Positions 38,610-51,884 of a stretch of 64,000 nucleotides of DNA are shown here, piece after piece. The translations under genes and the position numbers were made by a program. The stretch is taken from positions 62,248,001-62,312,000 of the forward strand of contig CM075980.1 of assembly GCA_038087875.1 (NCBI GenBank), read 5' to 3'. Position 1 is the first letter of the stretch. The number at the start of each line of letters is the position of its first letter. The notes beneath the pieces are model-generated. The model was not told where the DNA came from. It worked only from the letters and a program-made list of their open reading frames with translations, and did not search any database. Origin of the DNA: Malacoraja senta (Eukaryota).

Positions 38610-39900
38610 CATAGATTCATAATTACACAGGTCCAAAACAGGCCCTTCTGCCCGACTTGGTCATGCCGACCAGGTGCCAAACTACAATAATTCCATTTGC
38701 TTGCATTTGGCCCATTAAACCTTTTCTACCCATGTACCTATCTGAATGTTTTTTTAAACATTGTCATTGTACCCACCTCTCCCACCTCCTCTGGAGTTCG
38801 ATCCATATATTCACCACCCTTCCCAAAGACTTCCCCTCAGATCCCGTTTAAATTTATCCTCTCATCTTGAACCAATTTCCTCCAGTTTCAGCTCTCCCTT
38901 CCCAGGGAAAAAGACTGTGACTATCTACATCCCTCTATGAGTCACACCTCAGCTTCCTTCAATACAGGCTATCCAATCTTACCTTATATGTCAAACCCTC
39001 CAAATCAGCCAATATCCTTGTGAATATGTTCTGCATCCTCATGAGCTTAATCACATTCTTACTATAGTATAGCGACCAGAACAATATTCAAAGTACAGTT
39101 TAACTTATTGTCTTATACATCTGGAACATGACGTCCCAACTCTTATACTCAATCTGACCAATGAAGGTAAGCGTGCCATTTGCCTCGATACCTTGTCTAC
39201 TTTAGTCACCACTTCCAGAGAAGTTTGCATTTGTACCCCCAGATCATTCTATTCTACAACACTCTCCAGGCCTTGCCATTCACTGTGTAAGTCCTGCCCT
39301 GGTTTAATTGCCCAAAATGCATCATTGCACACTGGTCTAAGATAAATTAAATCTGCCATTCATTTGCCCACTCTCCCAGTTGATCAACATCCTTTTGTAA
39401 TATTAGATAACCTTCTTCACTGCCCAGCACACCATCAAATTAGGCAAACACCAAGATAATTGTGCATTCAGTATGCTTGTTCACCCTGGATCTCAACTTC
39501 CGGACCAGCCTACCAAGGAAGATCTTGTCAAAAAACGTGTTAAAGTTCACAGAGACAAGGACTACAACCCTGCCCTCATCAATCCTATTGGTCACCTCTA
39601 CACACAACTCAATCAAATTTGTGATGCACAATTTTCCACGCACGATGCCATGCTAATTATCACCTACTGGTCCTTGCCTTTCCAAATACAGTCAATCAGC
39701 ACTCTCAGAATTCCCTCCCTCCAGATACATTGCTGTTCGGCTCACTGACTTGCAGTAGACTGGCTTGTCTGCCAGCCCTTCTTTGATGCAGGCACCTCAT
39801 TAGCTATCCTCTACCCTTCCATTACCTTAGCCATGGATTATAAAGGTACAAAATCTCTGCTCCAGCCATTTCTTCCCTGGTTTCCCACAATATCTGAAGA
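38610..39900 (-). mobile_element. Old CR1 LINE, RT to 3' end, decayed
   Basis: Remnant ...CITNLIELCVEVTNRIDEGRVV...FFDKIFLGRLVRKL and a CR1 3'UTR. Confidence 0.75.
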
Positions 39901-40199
39901 TAAACCTGGCACCTATTTTCTCCCTTTCCCCAATCCCCCCCCCCCCCCATCTGCTTCCACCTATATTCTTTCCTCTGGCTTCACCTTTTGCACTATTGTC
40001 CTTAGTCTTTTCATCTCTGGCCTTTGTCGAACGATCTGCTAACCAAAACCTCCCCTCGCCTGTATCCACCTATCACTTGCCAGACTTTGTCCCGCTCCCA
40101 ACTCTTTTACAGCTTTTTCTCCCCCACTGCAATCAGTTTGAGGAAGGGTCCGACCTGAAACGTCATCTATCCATGTTCTTCTGATATGCTGCTTGACAA

Positions 40200-40735
40200 G
40201 GTAGCGCCAACAGTCTGTCTGTCCCATCCTTCTCTGTTGTTTTATAGTATGTGTTAAATGTATGTTTTAGTGTCTTTTAGCTGGTTTTATGTGTGTGGGG
40301 GGTGGGGGTTGGGGGAAACATTTTTTAAATCTCTTACCTCAACGGAGATGCGATTTTTTTTCCATTTTGTATCTCCGTACGCACTGCGGCTTAATATCGT
40401 GGAGTTGGCGGCCTTTGCAGGGATCGACCTCGGTGCTCCAACCGCGGGAGCCTCTGGACTTTAAAAATGTGGAGCAACGGTCTCTGGTCAGAGACTGACT
40501 TCGGGAGCTCTAAGCCGCAAGAGCTTCGACCGCCCCGACGCGGGGACTTCGATCGCCCGCTGCGGGAGCATCGATCGCCCCGACGGATGGTTCGACTGCC
40601 CCGACCGCGGGAGAATAACGAGGGAAGAAGATTTGACTCTATTGCCTTCCATCACAGTGAGGAATGTGGGGAATCTGCTGTGGTGGATGTTAATGTTAAC
40701 TTTTATGTCGTTGTGTGTCTTGTTGCATTATTTTG
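40200..40735 (+). mobile_element. Unclassified GC-rich interspersed repeat, family C, copy 1 (3' truncated)
   Basis: Collinear similarity to 49745-50435, with internal ggagcttcgatcgccc-type tandem units. Confidence 0.7.
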
Positions 40736-40970
40736 AAATTGGAGAGAAAAATCTTCAATGGGACTGACTGAAGGAAGATCCATGTGCCATGGGTACATGA
40801 AGGATACCTTCCATCATGGCCATCGAGTTGGTCAGGCAGAGACCCTTTGTTAGGGCTGTGGAGGTCCCAGTCTCTTATTCCTGTGTGGATGACTGGTTCC
40901 ATTTGTGCGCCATCCACCCGGTCATTGTGCGCCAATCGGTCATTGTTTAACATTATTGTTCATGTCAGAC

Positions 40971-40972
<2 letters not shown>

Positions 40973-41001
<29 letters not shown>

Positions 41002-41334
41002 TAATGGATTGGATTTATATAGCGCCTTTCTAATACTCAAGGCGCTTTACATCGCATTATTCATTCACTCCTCAGTCACACTCGGTGGTGGTGAGCTACT
41101 TCTGTAGCCACAGCTGCCCTGGGGCAGACTGACGGAAGCGTGGCTGCTAATCTGCGCCTACGGCCCCTCCGACCACCACCAATCACTCACACACATTCAC
41201 ACACATTCACACGCAGGCAAAGGTGGGTGAAGTGTCTTGCCCAAGGACACAACGACAGTATGCACTCCAAGCGGGATTCGAACCGGCTACCTTCCGGTTG
41301 CCAGCCGAACACTTAGCCCATTGCGCCATCTGTC
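40973..41334 (-). mobile_element. Young tRNA-derived CORE-type SINE with L2-like tail and (ATT)n
   Basis: Minus strand: A box TGGCGCAATGG, B box GGTTCGAATCC, CORE motif TGTGTCCTTGGGCAAGACACTT and tail GCGCTATATAAATCCAATCC(ATT)n. Flanking GACAT is duplicated. Confidence 0.85.
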
Positions 41335-41539
41335 TGACATCTGCGTACAAGTGTGTTGTACATAGAGAGCATCTGTCATATCTACCTCATTGGAGACCCT
41401 TGGACTATCTTTGATCAGACTTTAAAAGGCTTTATCTTGCACTGAATATTATTCATGTTATTCCCTTTATAAGCATCAGTCATAAATGTTATGACATCTG
41501 TGACCTAAATATGTGATTGTGTTTGGAACATAATGCTAG

Positions 41540-42010
41540 ATGCACCATGGAAAGCATTTAATCGGGAGCAGCTCCATCCAAATCCGCGAGAAATTGCAGA
41601 GAATTGTAGACATAGCCCAGACCATCACACAAACCAACCTCCCTTCTATTGACTCCATTTACACTTCACGCTGCCTTGGCAAGGCCACCGGCATAATCAA
41701 GGACGAGCCGCATCCCGGCCACTCCCTCTTCTCCCCTCTCCAATTGGGCAAAAGTTAGAGAAGTGTGAAACCTCCAGAATTCAGGGACAGGTTCTTCCCA
41801 GCTGTTATCAGGCAACTGAACCATCCTACCAACAACTAGAGAGCAGTGTTGAGCTATTATCTACCTCATTGGAGACCCTCGGACTATCTTTGATTGGACT
41901 TTACTGGGCTTTATCTTGCAGTAAACGTTATTCACGTTATTTCCTTTATCGTGTATCTGTACAATGTGGATAGCTCCATTGTAATCATGTATTGTCTTTC
42001 CGCTGACTAG
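41540..42010 (+). mobile_element. Rex/Babar LINE 3' fragment
   Basis: KLQRIVDIAQTITQTNLPSIDSIYTSRCLGKA...HPGHSLFSPL and tail ttcactgtacctcggtacaaatgacaataaa. Confidence 0.8.
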
Positions 42011-43085
42011 TTAGCGCATAACAAAAGCTTTTCACTGTACCTCGGTACAAATGACAATAAACTAAACTCATTTCATTTCAACTCATTTTAAAATTACTAC
42101 TTTTTTGGCATGAATTTATATCAATCTATCCTTCATTGAAGAACTCCATTTAACGTGTACTTGATAGATTTCTTCATTTTGCATGCTGTAACATGACCAA
42201 AGGTCATAGTCATAGAGCGTGGAAACTGGTCGTTCAGCCCAACGTGCCCACACTGGCACACATATCCCAGCTGCACTAGTCCCACCTGCCCGTGTTTGGC
42301 CCATATCTCTCCAAACCTGTCCTATTCATGTATGACTATCCTATCCAGGTCTGAGTCCTATCCAGGACTGTCCTATCCAGAATTCCCAGAAGAGTCTTAA
42401 ATCCTTTTCTCTTCCATATTCTTCACACACTCATCTGGAATGTTTTTAACTGCAGTGAAACTGGGGAATAAATTCTAATAAGATAACAACTTGGAACAGT
42501 TCATGTTGGATTATTTCGGGGACTCAGTAACATTTTGGAGCGGAAATTTGTATACAAGCACATATCCCATATTACATGTTCTAAACCACACCACATGCTG
42601 CCTACGTTTAGAAACTGGTGAACCTGATTTGTTATAGCATGTGGACCATAGTGGATTAATTGGTTATGAAGGCCAAGTGTATCCCTTTAAGAATTAGGAA
42701 CCTATTACTAAGAAATAAACATTGGATGGTGCCAGAGATGAATGATTTTATGCTTCTGATTTCAGTGTCGGTTTTCCTTTTTTTTTTTAATATTAGGTTA
42801 TATGTCAGGTTATAGATATTTCCTGCATCCATGTCAATGTGACAATACTCAATCTGTGATGTTCAGAGGAAAAACGAATGTCAGTCAAGCAGTGTGGGCT
42901 TTAACATCTTACATATATGCAACACATGGATATATTTCAGGTTGTACCTGCATCATGTCATTGTTGACTGTACTTGCAATGTATGTGACCAGTATACTCC
43001 AGTAGCATTCAAGGCTGCATTTTAACAACGGACACTAGTTTTCAGTGCTAATTAAGGTGTAATGTTAACTGCAGTGGTTTATTAC

Positions 43086-43157
43086 CTGACTCCAGTGGTC
43101 CGGCTGGTTGGACATGATCAGGAAACCTCCATCATCAATCAGTACACACAACAGATC
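43086..43157 (-). CDS. CACNA2D2: alpha2delta-2 exon: [24 protein letters not shown]
   Basis: 72 nt, ttttcag / gtaata. Matches human [24 protein letters not shown]. Confidence 0.96.
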
Positions 43158-43646
43158 CTGAAAATCAATAATGGAAGGTGGTGAAATAAATTGTCAGCCA
43201 GTTAGCTATTTGGCTAACAATAGGTCAAGATACAAAATGCTGGAGTAACTCAGCTGGACAGGCAGCATCTCTGGGTGACGTTTCGGGTCGAGACCCTTCT
43301 TCTGACCAGCTTCTTCCAACACAATATGTCTCGATGTACAGTTATATATTTGGCACTTTTCAGGAGATGCTGCTGAATCAGGTATTGCATAACATTTAAA
43401 AAACATCTGGATGAGCACATGAATCACCAAGTAGGTTCAGATAGGTGCTGGTAAATTAGATGAGTAAGGATGGATAGTTGATGGTTGGCATAGTCAAGAG
43501 TCCAGAGTCAAGCGTGTTTTATTGTCATATGTCCCAGACAGAACAATGAAATCTTTACTTGCAGCAGCACAACAAAATATGTAAACATAGTATTCTGTAA
43601 ACAATATAATAAACGAGAAAAAAAAGTTCAGTATGTGTGTCTATGT

Positions 43647-43647
<1 letters not shown>

Positions 43648-43681
<34 letters not shown>
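43648..43681. repeat. (CA)n microsatellite
   Basis: About 16 uninterrupted CA units. Confidence 0.95.
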
Positions 43682-43683
<2 letters not shown>

Positions 43684-44059
43684 AAAACAATCAATAATTG
43701 TGCAAAAAGACAAAATCATTTCCCCCGTCCATGTAGTTTAGAGCTTATTTGGAGGTTGTACTATTTAATAGCCTGATGGCTGTAGGGAAGGAGCTGTTCC
43801 TGAACCTGGACGTTACAGTTTTCAGGCTCCTATATCTTCTTCCCAATAGCAGGAGTGAAATTAATGTGTGGCCTGGGTGGTGTGGGTCTCTGATAATGCT
43901 GGCTGCCGTTTTGAGGCAGCGACTCCTGTAAATCCCTTCGATGGTGAGGATGTCAGAACCCGTGATGGACTGTGCAGTCCTTTTCGCTGCTGGGCGTTCA
44001 AGTTGCTGAACCAGGATTGTGCACCAAAAGGCCTGTTTCTGTGCTGCTTGACTCCATGA

Positions 44060-44570
44060 TTAGGTGTTTATTATTGTCACGTACACCAACATTTTGTTTT
44101 GCGTGCTATCCAATCAAATCAGATGATACAATACATACAATCAAGCCAAACTCAGGTACAATATGTAGAGCAAAGGGGAAGATACAGGGTGCGGAATATA
44201 GTTTGCAGCATTGTAGCACACTAGTTCCATAGACAAAATCCAATGTCCGCAGTGAAGTAGAGGTTAATTGGACAGTACCCTTGTTTATAGAGGAACCATT
44301 TAGAAGCCTGATAATGAGGGGAAGAAGCTGTTCCTGAGTCTGGTGGTGCGTGCTTTCCAGCTTTTGTATCTTCAGGCTGACGGGAGCAGGGAGAGGAAGG
44401 AATGACCAAGGTGGGATGCCTTTGATTATGTTGGTTGCTTTTTCGAGGTAGTGTGAGGAGTAGTTTGAGTCAATGGTGGAGAATCTGGTCTGTGTGATGG
44501 ACTGGGCTACATCCACAACTTTCTGCAGTTTATCGCGTCTTGGGCGGAGCTATTTCCAAACCAAGCTGTG
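44060..44570 (-). mobile_element. Rex/Babar LINE 3' fragment
   Basis: ORF DVAQSITQTRFSTIDSNYSSHYLEKATNIIK and a 3' tail. Confidence 0.75.
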
Positions 44571-45856
44571 ATATATTATTAAATTAAATTTGATTGAGTC
44601 AAATTAGGAGATAATGCACGAGGTAGATTTTAAGGAACCTATTGGAGAGGAATTCAAGAAATCCACCTCTAGATAGGTGAATTGCACATCAATTGAAAAT
44701 CAAGATAGACACAAAAAGTTGAAGTATCCCAGCTGGACAGGCAGCATCTCTGGAGAGAAGGAATGGGTGACGTTTTGGGTCGAGACCCGTCTTCAATGAT
44801 GCATTACAGAGCAAAATACGAGGGTCTCCTAAAACTAGAAGGGAATCGGGACCAGAGGTAACAAAGGCATGTATTAAAAAAAGATGGGTTGTGGCAAGGT
44901 CCATCATGATTCAGCTGAAGCATTCTAGCCCAAGAGTCACAAGGTTGTGGGTTCCCACATTAGAAAGGTGCACAGATGTAAGCTGCCACTGTGGTGTAAT
45001 ATTGAGGTTGCACTATTGCTGGCTTCAGTTTTCAGATGAGATGTCAACTGTTTTATAAGGCAGAAGTGAAAAGACATCACATCAGTTTCTCAATATTAAT
45101 TCTGGGCAACAATAATTCCTCAATCAACATTGGTAAATAATAGGTCTTCTGGTGTGGATAATGTTGATGTTCATGGCAGTCTGTGTCACTGCCTCAACTC
45201 CCACAATCCACCAATGACTACATTTCCAATGTTATTCAGTGGTTTGCCAATGGTGCAATGTGAAAGCAGTTTCTTCAGGTGAACTTGGTAATGATGGCGG
45301 CCATGTGGTCCAAAACTCATCTCTGTGATAAATGTCATTCTCAGACATTTGTCATAAAATTAGCCGGAGTCCCTTGCCACTAAGGGAATGTAGGAATTGA
45401 ATATCTGGGTTTCCTGTTATTTTAACTGGAGGATATTTCTGCTTACCAAGTATCAGATGTTAGACAAGCTACGTGACATATCAGATGGTGGAGGATCACA
45501 AGGCGACATGGTAGAGATGGCTTTTGCCAACTATAGGTGCAATTTGATATTGTGTTTTCACAAGATGTCACCAAGGATGACAAGTCCAAAGATGAGAGTG
45601 CAGGTGGGGGGGATTATACCTGATCTGTTCACATCCTTCATGCATTATGACCGTACCAAATTACCCACCAACCTCCCCAACCGTTCACCTCCTGACCCAC
45701 TCTGCCAGAGTCTGCAAAACCTGCTTACACTCTGCATCCTGGCAGCAAGTCAACCTTAGATGCCATCTAAACTCAGACCAAACTCTGTCGCCTGCATTCT
45801 ACTTCACGTTAGTCAGATTACATTTGATCGAGAAACAGAACCTCCCTTATACGCAC

Positions 45857-45904
45857 CTCGCTGTTTATGTCACAGTCCATCTCACAGTCAGAAGATGGCA
45901 TGCA
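45857..45904 (-). CDS. CACNA2D2: alpha2delta-2 exon: CMPSSDCEMDCDINSE
   Basis: 48 nt, long pyrimidine tract + gcgcag / gtgcgt. Matches human CGPNSHCEMDCEVNNE. Confidence 0.93.
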
Positions 45905-46509
45905 CTGCGCAAAGTAAAGAGAAGAGGAAGTCAGTGTGTGGTTCTGGTGCTGCTTACAATCAAATCCGCTGCCATTGCATCACAGTGCTGATTAAAAACC
46001 ACCAGATTCACCACTTCAGAACAACAAATCCCATCAAATTTGAATTAGAGTGTTATAATTCAGACCCTGTAACAAACCCAGTGAAAAGTGAAATATCAAC
46101 AAAATGTGACAGTGGGCAGATGGAAACTAACAGATCATGCAGGCTGAAATGACAGGGATGAGAGTCAACTTAAGGATAGTCAAGGCTATGACCATCACTT
46201 GCACATATTTACCAATATCCTGACAGAGCCATAAGGGCTGTTATTGATCCATGTACATTATCAAATTGCATGGGTGTTAGTCAGCATAAATATTAGCACA
46301 TTACATGCACACTCATATTCCCCCCACACAAAAATGCATGCAAATATATTATTCAATGACAAAGGGGGGGGGGGGGGGAGGGTGTTGGTAAAAGAATATT
46401 CAATGATGATCATGCTGTTCTATAACAGGGACTGCAAGGTCTCCAGGTGAAATATGGGTGAGGTGTAACTGGCACTAATGGCCACCATACACGGGGATGC
46501 ATGCTTTAC

Positions 46510-46604
46510 CTTCCGTGGCTCCACCTGGTCTCGGTTAGTCTGGTTACTGGCTAGAATTTTAAATTTTGACACCCATGCTTCATAGTCCAGCTTCACTCCA
46601 ACCA
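46510..46604 (-). CDS. CACNA2D2: alpha2delta-2 exon: (V)[31 protein letters not shown]
   Basis: 95 nt, tttttccag / gtaaag. Matches human [30 protein letters not shown]. Confidence 0.95.
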
Positions 46605-47089
46605 CTGGAAAAAAAAATCCAGAGGGAGAAGGATAATATTGAATTAAGGATGTGATTTTGCAAAATTAGAAAATCTGGAGTAAGTAAATAGATGGGTATA
46701 TTTGTACCAGTACAAAGATTGTACTTCCAGCTCTGTAACATTGTTTGACTGTGAGAGTTTCTCATAATTTTCATCTGTCCCTATGGACTGGATTATTTTT
46801 TACACACTCCTGGCCACTGTTCCTCAAGAAACTTGAGTTTGGTGAGATCATCGCCCCTTCTGCGGCATTCTAATTCAGAAGAGGATATCGAAGCTAATGC
46901 CTTCCTAGGGGATTATCTGCAACATTTCAACATTATGGAGGAGGAGGTGTTGGAGGTCCTGAAATACACAAGGGTGGATAAATCCCCAGATCCTGGCCAG
47001 GTGTATCCCAGTATGTTATGGGAAGCAAATGGAGGAGATTGCTATGGCACTGGGTGAGATCTTTGTAACTCTGTTAGACACAGGTGAGG

Positions 47090-47743
47090 TTACCCCTTGG
47101 ATTCCTATTAAATCTTTTCCCCTTCACCTTGAACCTATGTCCTCTGGTCCTCGATTCCCTTACTCTGGGTAAAAGACTCTGTGCATCTACCCGATCTATT
47201 CTTCTCATGATTTTGTATACCTTTATAAGATCTCCCCTCATCCTCCTACGCTCCATGGAATAGAGACCCAGCCTACTCAACCTCTCTCTATAGCTCACAC
47301 CCTCTAGTCCTGGCACCATCCTCGTAAATCTTTTCTTTCAAGCTTGACAATAATATAGACAAGCTGTCCTATAACATGTTGCCCAGAACTGAACACAATG
47401 TTCTAAATGCTGTCTTACCAACGTCTTATACAACTGCAACATGAGCTCCCAAATTCGGTACTCAATATTCTGACTGATGAAGGTCAAAATCCCCAAAGCC
47501 TTTTTGACCACCTTGTCTATCTGCGACTTGACCTTCAAGGAACCATGCACTTGTAATCCTAGATCCCTCTGCTCTACAGCACTACCCAGAGTCCTACCAT
47601 TTACTGTGTATGTACTGCTCTTGTTCGACGTCCCAAAATGCAACACCTCACACTTCTCTGAATTAAATTCCATCAACCACTCCTCCGCCCACCTGGCCAA
47701 TCGATCCAGATCCTGCTGCAATCGTTCACAACCATCTTCACTG
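47090..47743 (-). mobile_element. CR1 fragment nested inside an older plus-strand CR1 (about 46930-48390)
   Basis: QQDLDRLARWAEEWLMEFNSEKCEVLHFG...SYRERLSRLGLYSMERRRMRGDL. The flanks rejoin as CR1 RT N-terminal sequence. Confidence 0.85.
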
Positions 47744-48742
47744 TCTGGAAGATAGTGAAAGCGATACTGAAAGACTGTTGTTAATGTTGTGCCTTTACTT
47801 TTGATGGATAGCAGGGATAAGCCAGGGAATTGTAGACTGGTGAGCCTTACATCATTGGTAGGAACATTATTGGAAGGGATTATGAAAGACAGGATTTATT
47901 TGCATTTGAAAAGGTAAACTCTAATTGTGAATGGTCAGCATGGCTTTGTGCATGAGAAATTACATTTGATCGCCATACCATAAGAAGGATGTGATTAAGC
48001 TAGTGTGGGTGCAGTAAAGATCCACAAGGATGTTGCCTGGATCAGAGGGCTTGAATTATGAGGAATGATTGGATAGGCTGGGTCTGTTTTCCCTGGAGGC
48101 TGAGAGGTGCCAAGAAATTAGAGAGTGGTGCCAAGAGAAAGAGCTTGCTCTCACAAAAATTATAAAGATAGCCAGAATCTTTTTCGCAAGGTAGGAGGTC
48201 TAAAACTGGATGAGACAGGTTTAAAGGAAATCTGAGCTCTAATTTTTTTTTTAAAGCACACAGATTGGTTTGCATCTGGAATGAGCAACTGGACAGGGAT
48301 AGTGCAGATATGGAATTGGGATCAGTATTGGTAGCGATGATGATTGATATGGTGTACTGAAGACCTGTTTCTATGCTAAATTACTGTATGACTTGTAGGA
48401 ACCACCCAGTCATCTCTGGTATGTTCACTGGCCTACAGTGGTGTCTTGTCTGGGAAAACCTTCAGATGGAAATCTCAATCCTTGTTTTAAAATCCTGACA
48501 TAGTCCTCTTTTCCCTGTAACTACAGACTCTGCCAACCCTTGGATATAACTGGTTGCTCTATTGCTGACTTCACCATCCTAGGTCTTATGTTCTCAATTC
48601 CTTTCCCTTTTTGAGGTTACTTACCTTAATTCCTCCTCATATGATGTTAAATTCAGAATAATAGTCCTCTGAAATATCCGGGCATGTTTTACTGTGGAAA
48701 GGTTTTCGGTGATGAGTTGATGAATGAGCTGATTTGACGTAC

Positions 48743-48844
48743 CTGCAGGTTTCAGGGATTTCCCGTAGATGCGAAGGTCTACAGCAGCACTCACGAGAAC
48801 CCCAATGCTACTGTTCAGCAGGTCCATCCCCAAAACGCTGTTAG
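48743..48844 (-). CDS. CACNA2D2: alpha2delta-2 exon: (P)NSVLGMDLLNSSIGVLVSAAVDLRIYGKSLKPA
   Basis: 102 nt, ctcctcag / gtacgt. Matches human ...[25 protein letters not shown]. Confidence 0.93.
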
Positions 48845-49744
48845 CTGAGGAGCAATTGGAAGACAAAGTTACAATTTGTTCACATTGTGATTTAACTCAG
48901 TGGAACAGCAGGTGAAATGGAAGCATAGTAGGTATAAAAACAAATATATGGGAAAATGTTTGAAATTTCAAAACACAAAGTGCTGGAGGGACTCAGCAGA
49001 TCAGGCAGCATCAGAGGAAGAAATGGACAGACATCATTTTGGGTTGGATCCCTTCTTCAGATTGGGAGATGAGTGTACGAAGGAGGGGAAAGGAGCCAGG
49101 TGACCTGCACCCATTTCTCCCTCCATTTTTCAATATCTCCCCCCTCCCCAGTCAGCCTGCTCTTTTCCTTTACTTCGTCCATTCATGCCTCTTTCCAGAA
49201 TCTCCCATTTCCCTTTTATATACCCGCTTTCTCCTCCCTGCTGTCTATCCACATCTCTCCTCCAGCTTTAACTTTCACTTCTCTTCAACTTTCCTTGTCT
49301 GACATCCTTTCGTCCCATTTTCACCTCTAGCCGTTGTCACTTACTCCACATATCTGCCAATCAAACCCCTCACCTGTAGCCACCTATCTTTTGCCAAACT
49401 TTGACCCACCCTTCCTTTCTTTTCCACCTTTCTCCACCCTACTCCAATCAGTCTGACGGTGTCTCATCTCGAAACGTTGCCAATCCATTCCCTCCCCAAC
49501 CCACAGAGTTCCTCCAGCATTTTGTGTTTAGCTTAAAACTTAGAGGTATGATCACTGTTCAAAAAATGCTCTTCCACTGAAACACCAGTGACTTGGCCAG
49601 ACCTGATCCCCAATACACGGTCCAGTATGGTCCCTCCTCAATCTAGAGTATCCACATACTGTTTCAGTAAACTCTTTTAAATACACCGAACAAATGATGC
49701 CTCATCTAAGCTTTTTTGCACTGATTAAGTCCCATTCAGGGACC

Positions 49745-50435
49745 AGGTGGCGCTGAATGATGGCTGCCTCGCCAACGGTCTGTCTCGTCTTTTTCCTTCT
49801 TTGTTGTTTTTAGTCAGTTGTTAAATGTATGTTTTAGTGTATCTTTAACTTTGTATTATGTGGGGGGTGGGGAAACTTTTAAAATCTCTTTCCTCGACGG
49901 AGATGCAACTTTTTCCTTATCGTATCTCCGTCCACACTGCAGCCTAACATCGTGGAGCTGGCGGCCTCTTGCCGGGAGCCTGCGGATTCAACATCTCGGA
50001 GCTGGCGGTCCCTTTGCCAGGGATCAACCTAGGAAGCTCCAACTGCGGGAGCCTGCGGACTTAACATCGTGGAGCTCTCGGTCCCTGGTTAGAGACTGGC
50101 TTCGGGAGCTCCAAGCCGCAGGAGCTTCAACCGCCCTGATCACGGGAGCTTCGATCACCGGCTGCGGGAGCTTCAATCGCTCTGACTGCGGATGGTTCGA
50201 CTCCCCTGACCGCGGGAGAATAAGGAGGAAAGAAGATAAGACTTTATTGCCTTTCATCACAGTGAAGAATGTAGAGGGGCCACTGTGATGGATGTTTATG
50301 TTGCATTTTTATGTGGTTGCGTGTTTTGTTGCTTTTTTGGTATGACTATATGGCAAATCAAATTCCTTGTATGGTTTACATACTTGTTTTGTTTTCATAC
50401 TTGGCTAATAAAAAAAAATCAATTACAATTACAAT
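49745..50435 (+). mobile_element. Unclassified GC-rich interspersed repeat, family C, copy 2
   Basis: Similar to 40200-40735. Ends ctaataaa...(caatta)n, like a retroposed element. Confidence 0.7.
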
Positions 50436-50622
50436 ATTGGGGAAAATGTCACTGACAATCCTGTTGCTTTTGCATCTTTCTGTAATCTGTCTACATAGCT
50501 GTTCCTCCATCTTCCGCTGGGAGGTGTATAGAATAATATAGCAGAGTGATTGAATCTTTCTTATTTTTTAGCTCTACCCATGGATCCTCAGTGGCCAAAC
50601 CCTCCAATATATCCTCTGTGTC

Positions 50623-51884
50623 CCCCCACGTTGGATCCCTATCAGTTTGCCTACCGCAAGAACAGGAGTACGGAGGATGCCATCTCAACGGCACTTCACT
50701 CCGCCCTCTCCCACCTCGACAACAGAGACACTTACGTAAGAATGCTGTTCATCGATTACAGCTCAGCATTCAACACCATCATACCCTCTAAACTGATCAC
50801 CAAACTCGGTGACCTGGGCATCGACCCCTCCCTCTGCAACTGGATACTGGACTTTCTAACCAACAGACCCCAGTCTGTTAGGTTAGACAAGCACACCTCT
50901 TCAACCCTCACCCTGAACACCGGCGTTCCACAGGGCTGTGTGCTGAGCCCCCTCCTCTACTCCCTCTTCACCTACGACTGCACACCTGTACATGGTACTA
51001 ACACCATCATCAAGTATGCAGATGATACAACGGTGATTGGCCTCATCAGCAACAACGATGAGTCGGCCTATAGGGAGGAGGTCCAGCTCCTAGCAGCATG
51101 GTGCGCTGACAACAACCTGGCCCTTAACTCCAAGAAGACCAAGGAGCTCATTGTAGACTTCAGGAAGTCTAGGGGCGGCATGCACACCCCCATCCACATT
51201 AACGGGAGGGAGGTGGAACGTGTTTCCAGCTTCAGGTTCCTGGGGGTCAACATCTCCGATGACCTCTCTTGGACCAACAATACCTCAACTCTGGTCAAGA
51301 AGGCTCACCAGCGTCTCTTCTTCCTGAGGAGACTAAAGAAGGTCCATCTGTCTCCTCGGATTCTGGTGAACTTCTACCGCTGCACCATCGAGAGCATCCT
51401 TACCAACTGCATCACAGTATGGTATGGCAACTGCTCTGTCTCCGACCGGAAAGCACTGCAGAGGGTGGTGAAAATTGCCCAACGCATCACCGGTTCCTCA
51501 CTCCCCACCATTGAGTCTGTCCAAAGCAAGCGTTGTCTGCGAAGGGCGCTCAGCATCGCCAAGGACTGCTCTCACCCCAACCACAGACTGTTTACCCTCC
51601 TACCATCCGGGAGGCGCTACAGGTCTCTCCGTTGCCGGACCAGCAGGTCCAGGAACAGCTTCTTCCCTGCGGCGGTTACACTACTCAACACTGTACCTCG
51701 GTGACTGCCAATCACACCCCCCCCCCCCCCGGACACTCCTCCCACCAGGATTTATTAGATTTATTTATTTACTGCTCATATTTATGTCGCTCTTCTAGGG
51801 AGATGCTAACTGCATTTCGTTGTCTCTGTACTGTACACTGCACAATGACAATAAAGTTGAATCTGAATCTGATCTGAATCTGAA
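50623..51884 (+). mobile_element. Young 5'-truncated Rex/Babar LINE with uninterrupted RT frame and 8-bp TSD
   Basis: [46 protein letters not shown], open to 51704. Tail (TGAATC)n. TSD TCTGTGTC at 50615-50622 and 51885-51892. Inserted in an old minus-strand CR1 endonuclease remnant. Confidence 0.95.

Noticed and set aside
41270-41332. tRNA gene
   Set aside because: The A and B boxes belong to a SINE head that continues into CORE and LINE-tail sequence. The same applies to the V-SINE heads.
50550-50622. N-terminal extension making the 384-aa ORF a chimeric gene
   Set aside because: Chance open frame across the TSD into an antisense CR1 remnant. The ORF call starts at TTG.
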